Assembly: GCA_963822445.1 (NCBI GenBank)
Contig: CAWGHO010000002.1
Span: forward strand, 1,760,001-1,824,000
Direction of reading: 5' to 3'
Length of the DNA: 64,000 nt
DNA from: an uncultured Acidobacteriota bacterium
GTDB lineage: Bacteria > Acidobacteriota > Thermoanaerobaculia > Gp7-AA8
Below the pieces are notes generated by a model. That model searched no databases. It was not told the origin of the DNA and saw nothing but the letters and a program-made list of their open reading frames with translations. Both the position numbers and the translations under genes were made by a program. Of this stretch, positions 30,599-38,934 are shown piece by piece. The number at the start of each line of letters is the position of its first letter. Position 1 is the stretch's first letter.

Positions 30599-31069
30599 AT
30601 GCGCGTCGCCGCCGCGATTTTTCTTCTGATGCTGGCCGCCTGTGGCCGCGATGAAACGGTGAAGATGACCGAGAGCACTCCCTCGCAATCGACCACCGCT
30701 TCGAGCAAGCCGCAGGATCGCCCGCCCGAGCCGAATGCGCTCAATCCTGTCGTTCCCGTCGAGAGGGACGAGCCCTCGAGCAAGGTCAAGCCGGCGCTTG
30801 CGACGCAGGAGGTTCATCTCATCGAGTACGCGATCCACATGCCGGCCACGCTCAGCGCGGGCAAGGTCGCGTTCAACGTCGAGAACGGCGGCAAGGAAGA
30901 TCACGCGTTCGAGATCGAAGGCAACGGCATCGAAGAGAAGACGCAGATTCTGAAGCGCGGCAATAGCGAATCGCTGGAAATCGATCTGCGGCCGGGCACG
31001 TACACGGTGTACTGCCCGGTCAAGGATCACGCGAAGCGGGGCATGAAGACGACGATCACCGTGCGCTGA
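30599..31069 (+). CDS. Cupredoxin-domain lipoprotein
   Basis: LAAC lipobox; H...YCPVKDHAKRGM type-1 copper motif. Confidence 0.85.
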   Translation: MRVAAAIFLLMLAACGRDETVKMTESTPSQSTTASSKPQDRPPEPNALNPVVPVERDEPSSKVKPALATQEVHLIEYAIHMPATLSAGKVAFNVENGGKEDHAFEIEGNGIEEKTQILKRGNSESLEIDLRPGTYTVYCPVKDHAKRGMKTTITVR

Positions 31070-32881
31070 CTACCAGTAGCCGTTTTCGGGCGCGAACATG
31101 ACCTCGTAAACCTTGCGCGCCCAGCTCCGCTTGCCGAACTCCACCCGCCCTTCCTGCTGCAACCATTCTTTGATGGGCAGCGTGAATCCGGTCTTCCGCC
31201 GCCCCCGAACCGCAACGGGTAAGGCAGGCCGCGGCGCGTTCGCGAGAATCTGCTTGCCCCGCTCGCGTCGCGTGACCAGCACCGGCGCGAGCTTGCGCAG
31301 CAGATGCGCGTCGACGAGCGGCACGCGCACCTCGAGGGAATGGGCCATCGACGCCCAGTCCATGTCCCGCAACAGCTGATTGCGCAGATAGAGCGAGGAC
31401 TCCAGCGCGGCGACGCGCGCGTACGGCGTCCCCGGATCGGGTGTGACCGCGCGCTCGATGATGCCGAGGATGTTCAGGCGCTCCAGACCTTCGCGAGCGA
31501 TGTCTTCGCCGAGGACGGAGGGCAGCTCGGTGGTGAGAAAGCGGCCGCGCTTCACGAGATACGCACCGGCGTACGAGCCGCCGTAGCGGACGATCTCCCC
31601 CATCTTCGGGCTGATGTGACGGCTGCGCTTCGCGAGGAACGCGTTCAGGCGATGCACGCCCGCGCCGAGGCCGGGGATGCGCGAGAGCGGCGCGGTGATG
31701 GGCATCCAGCGGGGGATGTCGCGGAAGGAGGTGTAGCCGCCGAACAACTCGTCGCCGCCGGTGCCGGACAGCGCGACTTTCAGCCCGAGCTCCGCCGCGG
31801 CCTTGCTGATGAAGTAGCTGTTGAGGCCATCGACGGTCGGCTGATCCATGGCCGCGAAGATGCGGGGGAGCTCGGCGCGGAAAACGTCGCGGCTCAGATC
31901 GCGAATGGTGTGGCGGACGTCGTATTGCCGCGCGACGAGCGACGCCAGCGGGGCCTCGTCGTTGTCGCGTCCGCGGTACTCCTCGAAGCGCAGGGTCATG
32001 GTCTGCAGATCAGTCGCGCCGCTTTCTCTGGCCAGAGCGACGATGGCGCTGGAGTCGATTCCCGCGGAGAGAAACGCGCCGACCGGCACGTCCGCGACCA
32101 TGTGGTAGCGCACGGATTCGAGCACGGCGTCATGAACCATCTCCGCCCGCTCGGCATCGCTCACACGCTGGCCGTGCTCGACGGCATCGCGCAGAGTCGC
32201 GGCGATGGAGAAGTACTGCACGGGCTCATGAACGCCGCTCGCATCGATCCAGCAGTGCGAGCCCGCGGGCAGCGCGCGGATGGCGCGATACATCGTGAAC
32301 GGCTCGGGCACCGTGCCCCGAAGAAAGAAGCCCGCCGCGGCCGCGGGATCGAACTGTTTGTCGACCTTTCCGCCGGCGATGAGCGCCTTGACCTGGGACG
32401 CGACGCGCACGCTCTTGCCGTCGTCGGCGTAGTAGAGCGGCTTGATGCCGTACGGATCGCGCGCGAGGAGCATCCGCCGCGACGCGCCGTCCCACAAGGC
32501 GATGCCGAACATCCCGCGGAGCAACCCGAACATGCGCTCGCCATGCTTGTCATAAAGCGCCAGGAGGACTTCGGTGTCGGACTGCGACGTGAAGCGCACG
32601 CCGTCGCTCTCGAGCTGCGCGCGGAGCTCGCGGTAGTTGTAGATCTCGCCGTTGAAGACGATGACCCGCTCGCCGCGCCGCATGGGCTGCCGCCCGCCTT
32701 CGGAGAGGTCGATGATCGCCAGGCGGCGATGTCCGAAGCCGACGCGTTCATCGCCACTCACCCAAACGTCGGCCGCGTCGGGCCCACGTGAGCGCATGCA
32801 CTCGCGTGATGCGATCAGCTCGTCTTGGTCGACCGGCGGCGCGTCGCTGGCGTACGCGAAGATGCCGTTGATGCCGCACAT
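31070..32881 (-). CDS. asnB: Asparagine synthase (glutamine-hydrolyzing) family amidotransferase
   Basis: MCGI N-terminal Cys, RGPD, HRRLAIID, NGEIYN, SAGIDSS, GGDELFGGY. Confidence 0.92.
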   Translation of the reverse strand: MCGINGIFAYASDAPPVDQDELIASRECMRSRGPDAADVWVSGDERVGFGHRRLAIIDLSEGGRQPMRRGERVIVFNGEIYNYRELRAQLESDGVRFTSQSDTEVLLALYDKHGERMFGLLRGMFGIALWDGASRRMLLARDPYGIKPLYYADDGKSVRVASQVKALIAGGKVDKQFDPAAAAGFFLRGTVPEPFTMYRAIRALPAGSHCWIDASGVHEPVQYFSIAATLRDAVEHGQRVSDAERAEMVHDAVLESVRYHMVADVPVGAFLSAGIDSSAIVALARESGATDLQTMTLRFEEYRGRDNDEAPLASLVARQYDVRHTIRDLSRDVFRAELPRIFAAMDQPTVDGLNSYFISKAAAELGLKVALSGTGGDELFGGYTSFRDIPRWMPITAPLSRIPGLGAGVHRLNAFLAKRSRHISPKMGEIVRYGGSYAGAYLVKRGRFLTTELPSVLGEDIAREGLERLNILGIIERAVTPDPGTPYARVAALESSLYLRNQLLRDMDWASMAHSLEVRVPLVDAHLLRKLAPVLVTRRERGKQILANAPRPALPVAVRGRRKTGFTLPIKEWLQQEGRVEFGKRSWARKVYEVMFAPENGYW

Positions 32882-32889
32882 GCGCTTGA

Positions 32890-33026
32890 GTCTATCCTTC
32901 GCGCGGGTGGGGGATGGTGGGCGCGGAGGATCTCCGGTTACACCGGCAGGGTGCCGGCCACGGGCGGCGTAGGTGCACGGGGAGATCCTCCGCGCCCCCC
33001 GTCCACCACCCGCGCGAAGGATAGAC
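32890..33026. mobile_element. MITE-like element with ~46-bp TIRs flanked by TTGA direct repeats
   Basis: GTCTATCCTTCGCGCGGGTGG...GGATCTCC and its inverse (3 mismatches); TTGA at 32886-32889 and 33027-33030. Confidence 0.7.
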
Positions 33027-33037
33027 TTGAAGAACTC

Positions 33038-35209
33038 ATGCGCAGCGTCATCGCACTCGCTCTCGCCGCCACAGTCTCAGCCCATGCCCCCATCCTCGGA
33101 TTCAAAGATCCGGGCAAGCAGCACGCGCTCGAAGCAAAGTTCGACGCACAGCTGAATCGCGACAACCTGCGCAACTGGATGAAGCGCCTCAGCGCGCGGC
33201 CGCATCACGTCGGCTCGCCGTACGGCAAGGAAAACGCGGAGTTCATGGCCTCGCTGTTCAAGTCGTGGGGTTACGAGACGACCATCGAGCGCTTCGACGT
33301 CCTCTTCCCCACGCCGAAAGTGCGCGTGGTCGAACTACTCGCGCCCGAAAAGTTCACGGCGAAGCTCGCTGAGCCGCCGCTGGCCGAAGACGCGACGTCC
33401 AATCAGGTCGACGAGATCCTTCCCGTTTACAACGCCTTCTCCATCGACGGCGACGTCACCGGCGAGCTCGTGTATGTCAACTACGGCATCCCCGCCGATT
33501 ACGAGATCCTCGAGCGCAACGGCATCGACGTCCGCGGCAAGATCGTCATCGCCCGGTACGGCGGCTCGTGGCGTGGCATCAAGCCGAAGGTCGCCGCGGA
33601 GAAGGGCGCGATCGGCTGCATCATCTACTCCGATCCCCTCGACGATGGTTACGCGGCCGGCGACGCCTATCCCAAAGGCGCGTTCCGCAGCGACTACTCC
33701 GCGCAGCGAGGCTCCGTCGCGGACATGCCGCTGTATCCCGGCGATCCGCTGACTCCCGGCGTCGGTGCGACCGACAAAGCGAAACGCCTCGATCGCGCGA
33801 ATGCGCCGACGCTGACGAAGATCCCGGTTCTGCCCATCTCTTACGCCGACGCGCTTCCGCTGCTGCGCAATCTCGCCGGTCCCGTCGCTCCGTCCAACTG
33901 GCGAGGCGCGCTACCCATCACCTATCACCTCGGCCCCGGCCCCGCGCGCGTCCACCTGAAGCTCGAATTCGACTGGAAGCTCGCGCCGGCCTACAACGTC
34001 ATCGCCCGCATGCGCGGCACCGATCTCGCCGATCAATGGATTCTCCGCGGCAATCATCACGACGCCTGGGTTCACGGCGCGCGCGATCCGATCAGCGGCA
34101 TGGTCTCGCTCCTCGAAGAAGCGCGGGCCATCGGTGAGCTGGCGAAGGGCGGGTGGCGTCCGCGCCGCACCCTCGTCTTCGCCGCCTGGGACGCCGAAGA
34201 GCAGGGCCTCCTCGGATCAACGGAATGGGTCGAAGAGCACCTCCCCGAGCTCAAAGAGCACGCGGTCATCTACATCAATTCCGATTCGAACGGCCGCGGC
34301 TTTCTCGATGCCGGCGGCTCGCACACGCTGGCGCGATTCGTCACGGAGGTTGCTCGGGATGTCGAGGATCCGCAGCGCGGTGTGTCCGTGCTCGAGCGTT
34401 TGCGCGCGCTGGAACTGACGCAGGCGAACAATGCCGAGGCGCGGCGCGAGATCCGCGATCGCTCGGTGATCAGGCTCGACGCGTTGGGATCAGGCTCCGA
34501 TTACACGCCATTCCTCCAGCACGCCGGCATCGCTTCGCTCAATATCGGCTACGGCGGCGAGGCCGAGTACGGCGTCTACCACTCGGCGTACGACTCGTTC
34601 GATCACTACACCCGGTTCGGCGATCCGAAGTTCGACTACGGAATCGCGCAGGCGAAGACCACCGGCCGGATGATGCTGCGCCTGGCCAACGCGGACTTTC
34701 TGCCGTTCGAAACGGGCGTGCTGGCGTCGACGGTCTCGCAGTACGCGAGCGAAGTCGCGAAGCTGGCGGACAACATGCGCGCGGAAACCGAGGATGAAGC
34801 GCGGATGGCTCGGGACAAGACTTTGGAGATCGCTGCCGATCCGACGAAGCCGTTCTTCGCGCCGAAACTCGATGAGGCCGTGCCGCATCTCGAGTTCGCG
34901 CCGCTGAACAACGCCGTCTCGCGATTGCAGAAAGCGGCGAAAGAGTTCGATGCCTCGAAGTCACGCGACGATCGCGCGGTGCTCAGGCTGGAGCGCGCTC
35001 TCACCCGCGACGCCGGTCTACCCGGCCGCCCCTGGTACAAACACCACATCTACGCGCCGGGCTTCTACACGGGCTACGGCGTGAAAACGCTGCCCGGAAT
35101 CCGCGAAGCGATCGAGCAGCGGAAGTGGCCCGAGGCGAACGAGCAGATCAGGATCGCCGCGAAGGTCATTGAGGGGTACGCGGCGGCGCTGGACTCGGCG
35201 CGGAAGTAG
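33038..35209 (+). CDS. M28 peptidase (glutamate carboxypeptidase II/transferrin-receptor-like, PA domain)
   Basis: Signal peptide; YVNYG PA domain; NHHDAW, DPISG, WDAEE, GSGSDY, YHSAYD. Confidence 0.9.
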   Translation: MRSVIALALAATVSAHAPILGFKDPGKQHALEAKFDAQLNRDNLRNWMKRLSARPHHVGSPYGKENAEFMASLFKSWGYETTIERFDVLFPTPKVRVVELLAPEKFTAKLAEPPLAEDATSNQVDEILPVYNAFSIDGDVTGELVYVNYGIPADYEILERNGIDVRGKIVIARYGGSWRGIKPKVAAEKGAIGCIIYSDPLDDGYAAGDAYPKGAFRSDYSAQRGSVADMPLYPGDPLTPGVGATDKAKRLDRANAPTLTKIPVLPISYADALPLLRNLAGPVAPSNWRGALPITYHLGPGPARVHLKLEFDWKLAPAYNVIARMRGTDLADQWILRGNHHDAWVHGARDPISGMVSLLEEARAIGELAKGGWRPRRTLVFAAWDAEEQGLLGSTEWVEEHLPELKEHAVIYINSDSNGRGFLDAGGSHTLARFVTEVARDVEDPQRGVSVLERLRALELTQANNAEARREIRDRSVIRLDALGSGSDYTPFLQHAGIASLNIGYGGEAEYGVYHSAYDSFDHYTRFGDPKFDYGIAQAKTTGRMMLRLANADFLPFETGVLASTVSQYASEVAKLADNMRAETEDEARMARDKTLEIAADPTKPFFAPKLDEAVPHLEFAPLNNAVSRLQKAAKEFDASKSRDDRAVLRLERALTRDAGLPGRPWYKHHIYAPGFYTGYGVKTLPGIREAIEQRKWPEANEQIRIAAKVIEGYAAALDSARK

Positions 35210-35558
35210 ACATCAACCCGTAAATGGCGCCGATCAGCGCCCCGCCGATCGCCCCGATCGGTCCGGTGAACAGGATTCCCAGCAGCGGGCCCTGGTTCGC
35301 GCCGGGCGTGAAGATGATGGGTCCAACGAAGCCGAGCACGAAGAGGACAAGGCCAAGGATCCCGCCCCACTTCAGGGCGAGGACGAGTACTCGACGGATT
35401 CTCGGCGACGTCGTGAATTCGTACAGCCACCAGATGATCGCGAGGAGCACGAACGGCGCATCGAACAAGAGGGCGATCTCGTCGAAAGCGCCGTTTCTGA
35501 TTTGAATGCCGATCAGGGCCGCGACCAGGATTGCGAAACAACCGGCGGCTACGAGCAC
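35166..35558 (-). CDS. Hypothetical membrane protein
   Basis: Hydrophobic ORF with ANQGPLLGILFTGP; directly follows ftsB. Confidence 0.6.
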   Translation of the reverse strand: MLVAAGCFAILVAALIGIQIRNGAFDEIALLFDAPFVLLAIIWWLYEFTTSPRIRRVLVLALKWGGILGLVLFVLGFVGPIIFTPGANQGPLLGILFTGPIGAIGGALIGAIYGLMSTSAPSPAPPRTPQ

Positions 35559-35560
35559 CG

Positions 35561-35884
35561 CTACTTCTTCGGCAGCATGTAGACGGTTTCGCCCTTCTTG
35601 GACATGCCCAGGTCCTCACGGGCGATGCGCTCGATGGCGTACGAGGACTTTTTCACGCTCTCGATCTCCGCGCGAAGCCGTGTGTTCTCGGCCTCGAGGC
35701 GGGCGATGTCCTTGCGCAGGTCCGCGACGCGGTTGCGCGCGTGCTGCAGCTCGGGCAGGCCGCGATCGCTGAAGACGAAGGAGATGAAGAAGACGAGCGT
35801 GAGCACCGTCGAGAGCAGGCCGACGAACTTCAGCGTCACATTCGTGGCGCGGCGCGCGTCATGGGTCGAGACCGACGGAAGCAT
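35561..35884 (-). CDS. ftsB: Septum formation initiator (FtsB/DivIC family)
   Basis: TM helix plus coiled coil plus IERIAREDLGM. Confidence 0.82.
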   Translation of the reverse strand: MLPSVSTHDARRATNVTLKFVGLLSTVLTLVFFISFVFSDRGLPELQHARNRVADLRKDIARLEAENTRLRAEIESVKKSSYAIERIAREDLGMSKKGETVYMLPKK

Positions 35885-35916
35885 TGGCAAATTAGTGTAG
35901 CGAATATAATCCCGTC

Positions 35917-37353
35917 GTGAAGCGCGATTCCGCGGCCAACCCCCTCACCGAGCGGTACGCCTCGAAAGAGATGTCGTACCTCTTCTCCTCCAACTTCAAG
36001 TTCCGCACGTGGCGGAGGCTCTGGGTGGCGCTGGCCGAGGCGGAGAAGGAGCTGGGGCTGCCCATCACCGACGCCCAGATCGCCGAGCTCCGCGCGAACC
36101 TCGAGGAGATCAACTACGAGGACGCGGAGCGCCGCGAGCGCGAGGTGCGCCACGACGTGATGTCCCACATTCACGCCTTCGGCCTCCAGGCCCCCTCCGC
36201 GAAGGGCATCATCCACCTCGGCGCCACCTCGGCCTACGTCACCGACAACACCGACATCCTGCAGATGGCCGAGGGGCTGCGCATCATGCGCGGGCGCATC
36301 GTCAATCTGATGTCCAAGCTGCGCGACTTCGCCTGGCAATGGCGGGGAACACCGGCGCTCGCGTTCACCCACTTTCAGCCCGCGCAGCTCACAACCGTCG
36401 GCAAGCGAGCCACGCTCTGGCTGCACGAGCTGCTGCTCGATTACCGCGAAATCGAGTTCCGCCACTCCCAGCTCGCCCTCCTCGGCGTGAAAGGCGCGAC
36501 CGGGACGCAGGCCTCGTTTCTCAACCTTTTCGACGGCGATGAATCGAAGGTCAATCGCCTCGAGCAGCTCGTCGCGGAGAAAGTCGGGCTGAAACGGAGC
36601 TATCCCGTTTCCGGCCAGACCTACTCCCGCAAAGTCGATTCGCAGGTCGTCAACGCGCTCTCGGGCTTCGCCCAGTCGGCGTCGAAATTCGGGTACGACA
36701 TGCGGCTGCTGCAGCATCTTCGCGAGATCGAAGAGCCCTTCGAACAGGACCAGGTCGGCAGCTCGGCGATGGCGTACAAGCGCAACCCGATGCGCGCGGA
36801 GCGCATCGACGGTCTGGCCCGGCACCTGATCATCAACGCGCTCAATCCGGCGATGACCGCGGCCACGCAATGGTTCGAACGGACTCTCGACGATTCAGCA
36901 AATCGGCGGATCGCCATTCCGGAGGCGTTCCTCGCCGCGGATGCGATCGCGTTGCTGTACGACAACGTGGTCGGCGGACTGGTCGTGCACGAGGAAGTGA
37001 TCGCGGCCAACGTGCGGCGCGAGCTGCCGTTCATGATGACCGAGAATCTGATGATGGAAGGCGCGCGGCGCGGCGGCGATCGGCAGGTGCTCCACGAGCG
37101 CGTGCGCATCCATTCGCAGGCGGCCGCGGACGCGATGAAAGGCGGCGCGGCGACGAACGATCTCTTCGAGCGCATCGCCGCTGACCCGATTTTCGGCATC
37201 GATCGCGCGGCCATCGAAGAGCTGGCCCGTCCGGAGAATTACACCGGTCTGGCGAAGCAGCAGACCGAACGCTTCCTGATCGAAGACGTCGATCCGATTC
37301 TCGAGGCGGAGCGCGCCTTCATCAGTTCCGAAGTGGGCGAGGTGCGCGTTTGA
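35917..37353 (+). CDS. purB: Adenylosuccinate lyase
   Basis: RHDVMSH, HLGATS, FTHFQPAQ, GSSAMAYKRNPM. Confidence 0.95.
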   Translation: MKRDSAANPLTERYASKEMSYLFSSNFKFRTWRRLWVALAEAEKELGLPITDAQIAELRANLEEINYEDAERREREVRHDVMSHIHAFGLQAPSAKGIIHLGATSAYVTDNTDILQMAEGLRIMRGRIVNLMSKLRDFAWQWRGTPALAFTHFQPAQLTTVGKRATLWLHELLLDYREIEFRHSQLALLGVKGATGTQASFLNLFDGDESKVNRLEQLVAEKVGLKRSYPVSGQTYSRKVDSQVVNALSGFAQSASKFGYDMRLLQHLREIEEPFEQDQVGSSAMAYKRNPMRAERIDGLARHLIINALNPAMTAATQWFERTLDDSANRRIAIPEAFLAADAIALLYDNVVGGLVVHEEVIAANVRRELPFMMTENLMMEGARRGGDRQVLHERVRIHSQAAADAMKGGAATNDLFERIAADPIFGIDRAAIEELARPENYTGLAKQQTERFLIEDVDPILEAERAFISSEVGEVRV

Positions 37354-38366
37354 AGGGGAGTGGCCGTCTCGGCCGCGTCTGCTGGGCGTCGCGCCCGGCA
37401 GTCTCGCTCGGGGCGGGACGCCCCGAGCACGCGGGCGGGACGCCCGCTCCCCGCATCATTGCCCTGGCGCTGATCGCGTTCGTGATGGCCTGCGCCAGCA
37501 CGGCGCCGCCTCCGCCGAAAGTCGCCGAGGTGATGGAGGGGGTGGCGAGCTGGTACGGCGAGGAGTTCGCCGGACGAACGACGGCGAACGGCGAGATCTT
37601 CGATCCGCTGCAGCTCACCGCGGCCCATCGCACGCTGCCGTTCGGAACGGTCGTCGACGTGACCAATCCCAAGACCAAGCAAAGCGTGCGCGTCCGCGTG
37701 AACGATCGCGGGCCGTACATCGGTGGACGAGTGATCGATCTCTCGTATGCCGCGGCGCAGCGAATCGGGTTGATCGAGCCGGGCATCGGCGAGGTGCAGA
37801 TTGCCGTGGTGAAAGTCGGCAGCGGCGATCGCGAACCGCCCGCACCGCTCGAAGTGACGATCGCCGAAGCGCCGAAGACCGCGCCCGTCGCAGGCGATCC
37901 GCCGCCGGTCGCGTTTCCCGTTCCCGCGGCTTCTGAATCGACGGTCGAGCAGATTCCGGTGGTCGTCGATCGCGTGGAGATCGTCGAGAACCGCGGCGGC
38001 GTCGACACGCGACGGCAGGTCTCGGCAGATGGAAAAACGATCGAGAACGTCCCCGTCGACGGAGGGCCGCCGGTTCCTTCGTCTCCCGGGCACAGTTCAG
38101 CCGAAGCGCTCGATCGCTCGCGCCGCATGGCGCCGCCACCCGTGCGCACGAAAGGTCAGTACGTGGTGCAGGTCGGCGCGTTCGCGGTGGAAGAAAACGC
38201 GAAGCTGCTGCAGGAGCGTCTGGTGAAAATCGGGCAACCCGCGTGGATCGATCGCGACGATCTCTTCCGCGTGCGCCTCGGTCCGTTCGCCACGAGGGAC
38301 CAGGCCGTGGCGGCCCGGTCCTCGCTCGAGGCGAACGGGATCAGTGCAATCGTCTTGGCCGAGTAG
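37350..38366 (+). CDS. rlpA: Septal ring lytic transglycosylase RlpA with SPOR domain
   Basis: GVASWYG, TAAHRTLPFG, VNDRGP, IDLS; C-terminal YVVQVGAF SPOR domain; lipobox VMAC. Confidence 0.9.
   Translation: MKGSGRLGRVCWASRPAVSLGAGRPEHAGGTPAPRIIALALIAFVMACASTAPPPPKVAEVMEGVASWYGEEFAGRTTANGEIFDPLQLTAAHRTLPFGTVVDVTNPKTKQSVRVRVNDRGPYIGGRVIDLSYAAAQRIGLIEPGIGEVQIAVVKVGSGDREPPAPLEVTIAEAPKTAPVAGDPPPVAFPVPAASESTVEQIPVVVDRVEIVENRGGVDTRRQVSADGKTIENVPVDGGPPVPSSPGHSSAEALDRSRRMAPPPVRTKGQYVVQVGAFAVEENAKLLQERLVKIGQPAWIDRDDLFRVRLGPFATRDQAVAARSSLEANGISAIVLAE
37355..37452. repeat. Family C REP element inserted in-frame in the rlpA signal peptide
   Basis: GGGGAGTGGCCGTCTCGGCCGCGT ... ACGCGGGCGGGACGCCCGCTCCCC. 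Confidence 0.8.
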
Positions 38367-38367
38367 C

Positions 38368-38784
38368 CTAAACGAGCTCCGATTCCGCGAAGAAGAAGCC
38401 GATCTCGATCTTCGCGTTCTCATCCGAGTCCGAGCCGTGAATGGCGTTCTGCTCGATCGACTCGCCGAACTCTTTGCGGATCGTGTTCGCGTCGGCTTTC
38501 GCGGGATCGGTGGCGCCCATGACCTGGCGCAGCGTGGCCACGGCGTTTTCGCGCTCGAGCGCGGCGACGTAAACCGGGCCGGAGGTCATGTACTCGACGA
38601 GGCTGCCGAAGAACGGTCGCTCGCGATGAACAGCGTAAAACGCTTCGGCCTCGCGGTGGCCGAGCGCGACTTTCTTGAGGCCGATGACGCGGAATCCCTC
38701 GGCTTCGAGACGGCTGATGATCTTGCCGAAGTTCCCTTTGCGGACGGAGTCCGGCTTGATGATGGTGAAGGTGCGATTGGACAT
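38368..38784 (-). CDS. ndk: Nucleoside diphosphate kinase
   Basis: [17 protein letters not shown]. Confidence 0.97.
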   Translation of the reverse strand: MSNRTFTIIKPDSVRKGNFGKIISRLEAEGFRVIGLKKVALGHREAEAFYAVHRERPFFGSLVEYMTSGPVYVAALERENAVATLRQVMGATDPAKADANTIRKEFGESIEQNAIHGSDSDENAKIEIGFFFAESELV

Positions 38785-38849
38785 CTGGTTTCCTTTGCGG
38801 GCGGTATTAGGGCGGCGGATTATAACGGCAGTACGCCGCTGCGCGGCTC

Positions 38850-38934
38850 GCAGTAGGCAGTAGGCAGTAGGCGGGAGAACGCCATGAAACGTCGTGGTTG
38901 GGCGGCGGTCCCCCGCCTACTGCCTACTGCCCAC
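38850..38934. repeat. Inverted arrays of heptamer GCAGTAG/CTACTGC
   Basis: (GCAGTAG)x3 then an inverse array; the inverse array supplies the His-kinase stop codon. Confidence 0.75.

Noticed and set aside
27043-30789. 1248-aa minus-strand ORF in the ORF track
   Set aside because: Only the part from ATG 28665 is the real GT-C gene; the upstream portion is an off-frame read-through of paralog 2, as expected at high GC
31070-32881. asnB as a lasso peptide cyclase
   Set aside because: It has an intact N-terminal Cys glutaminase domain, and no precursor peptide or B protein is nearby
38819-38824. Minus-strand TATAAT upstream of ndk
   Set aside because: Plausible -10 but no matching -35 or extended -10; too little support to list
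38850-38934. Short repeat arrays as possible CRISPR (also 50167 and 60879)
   Set aside because: Units are 7-8 nt with no unique spacers, and there are no cas genes in the window
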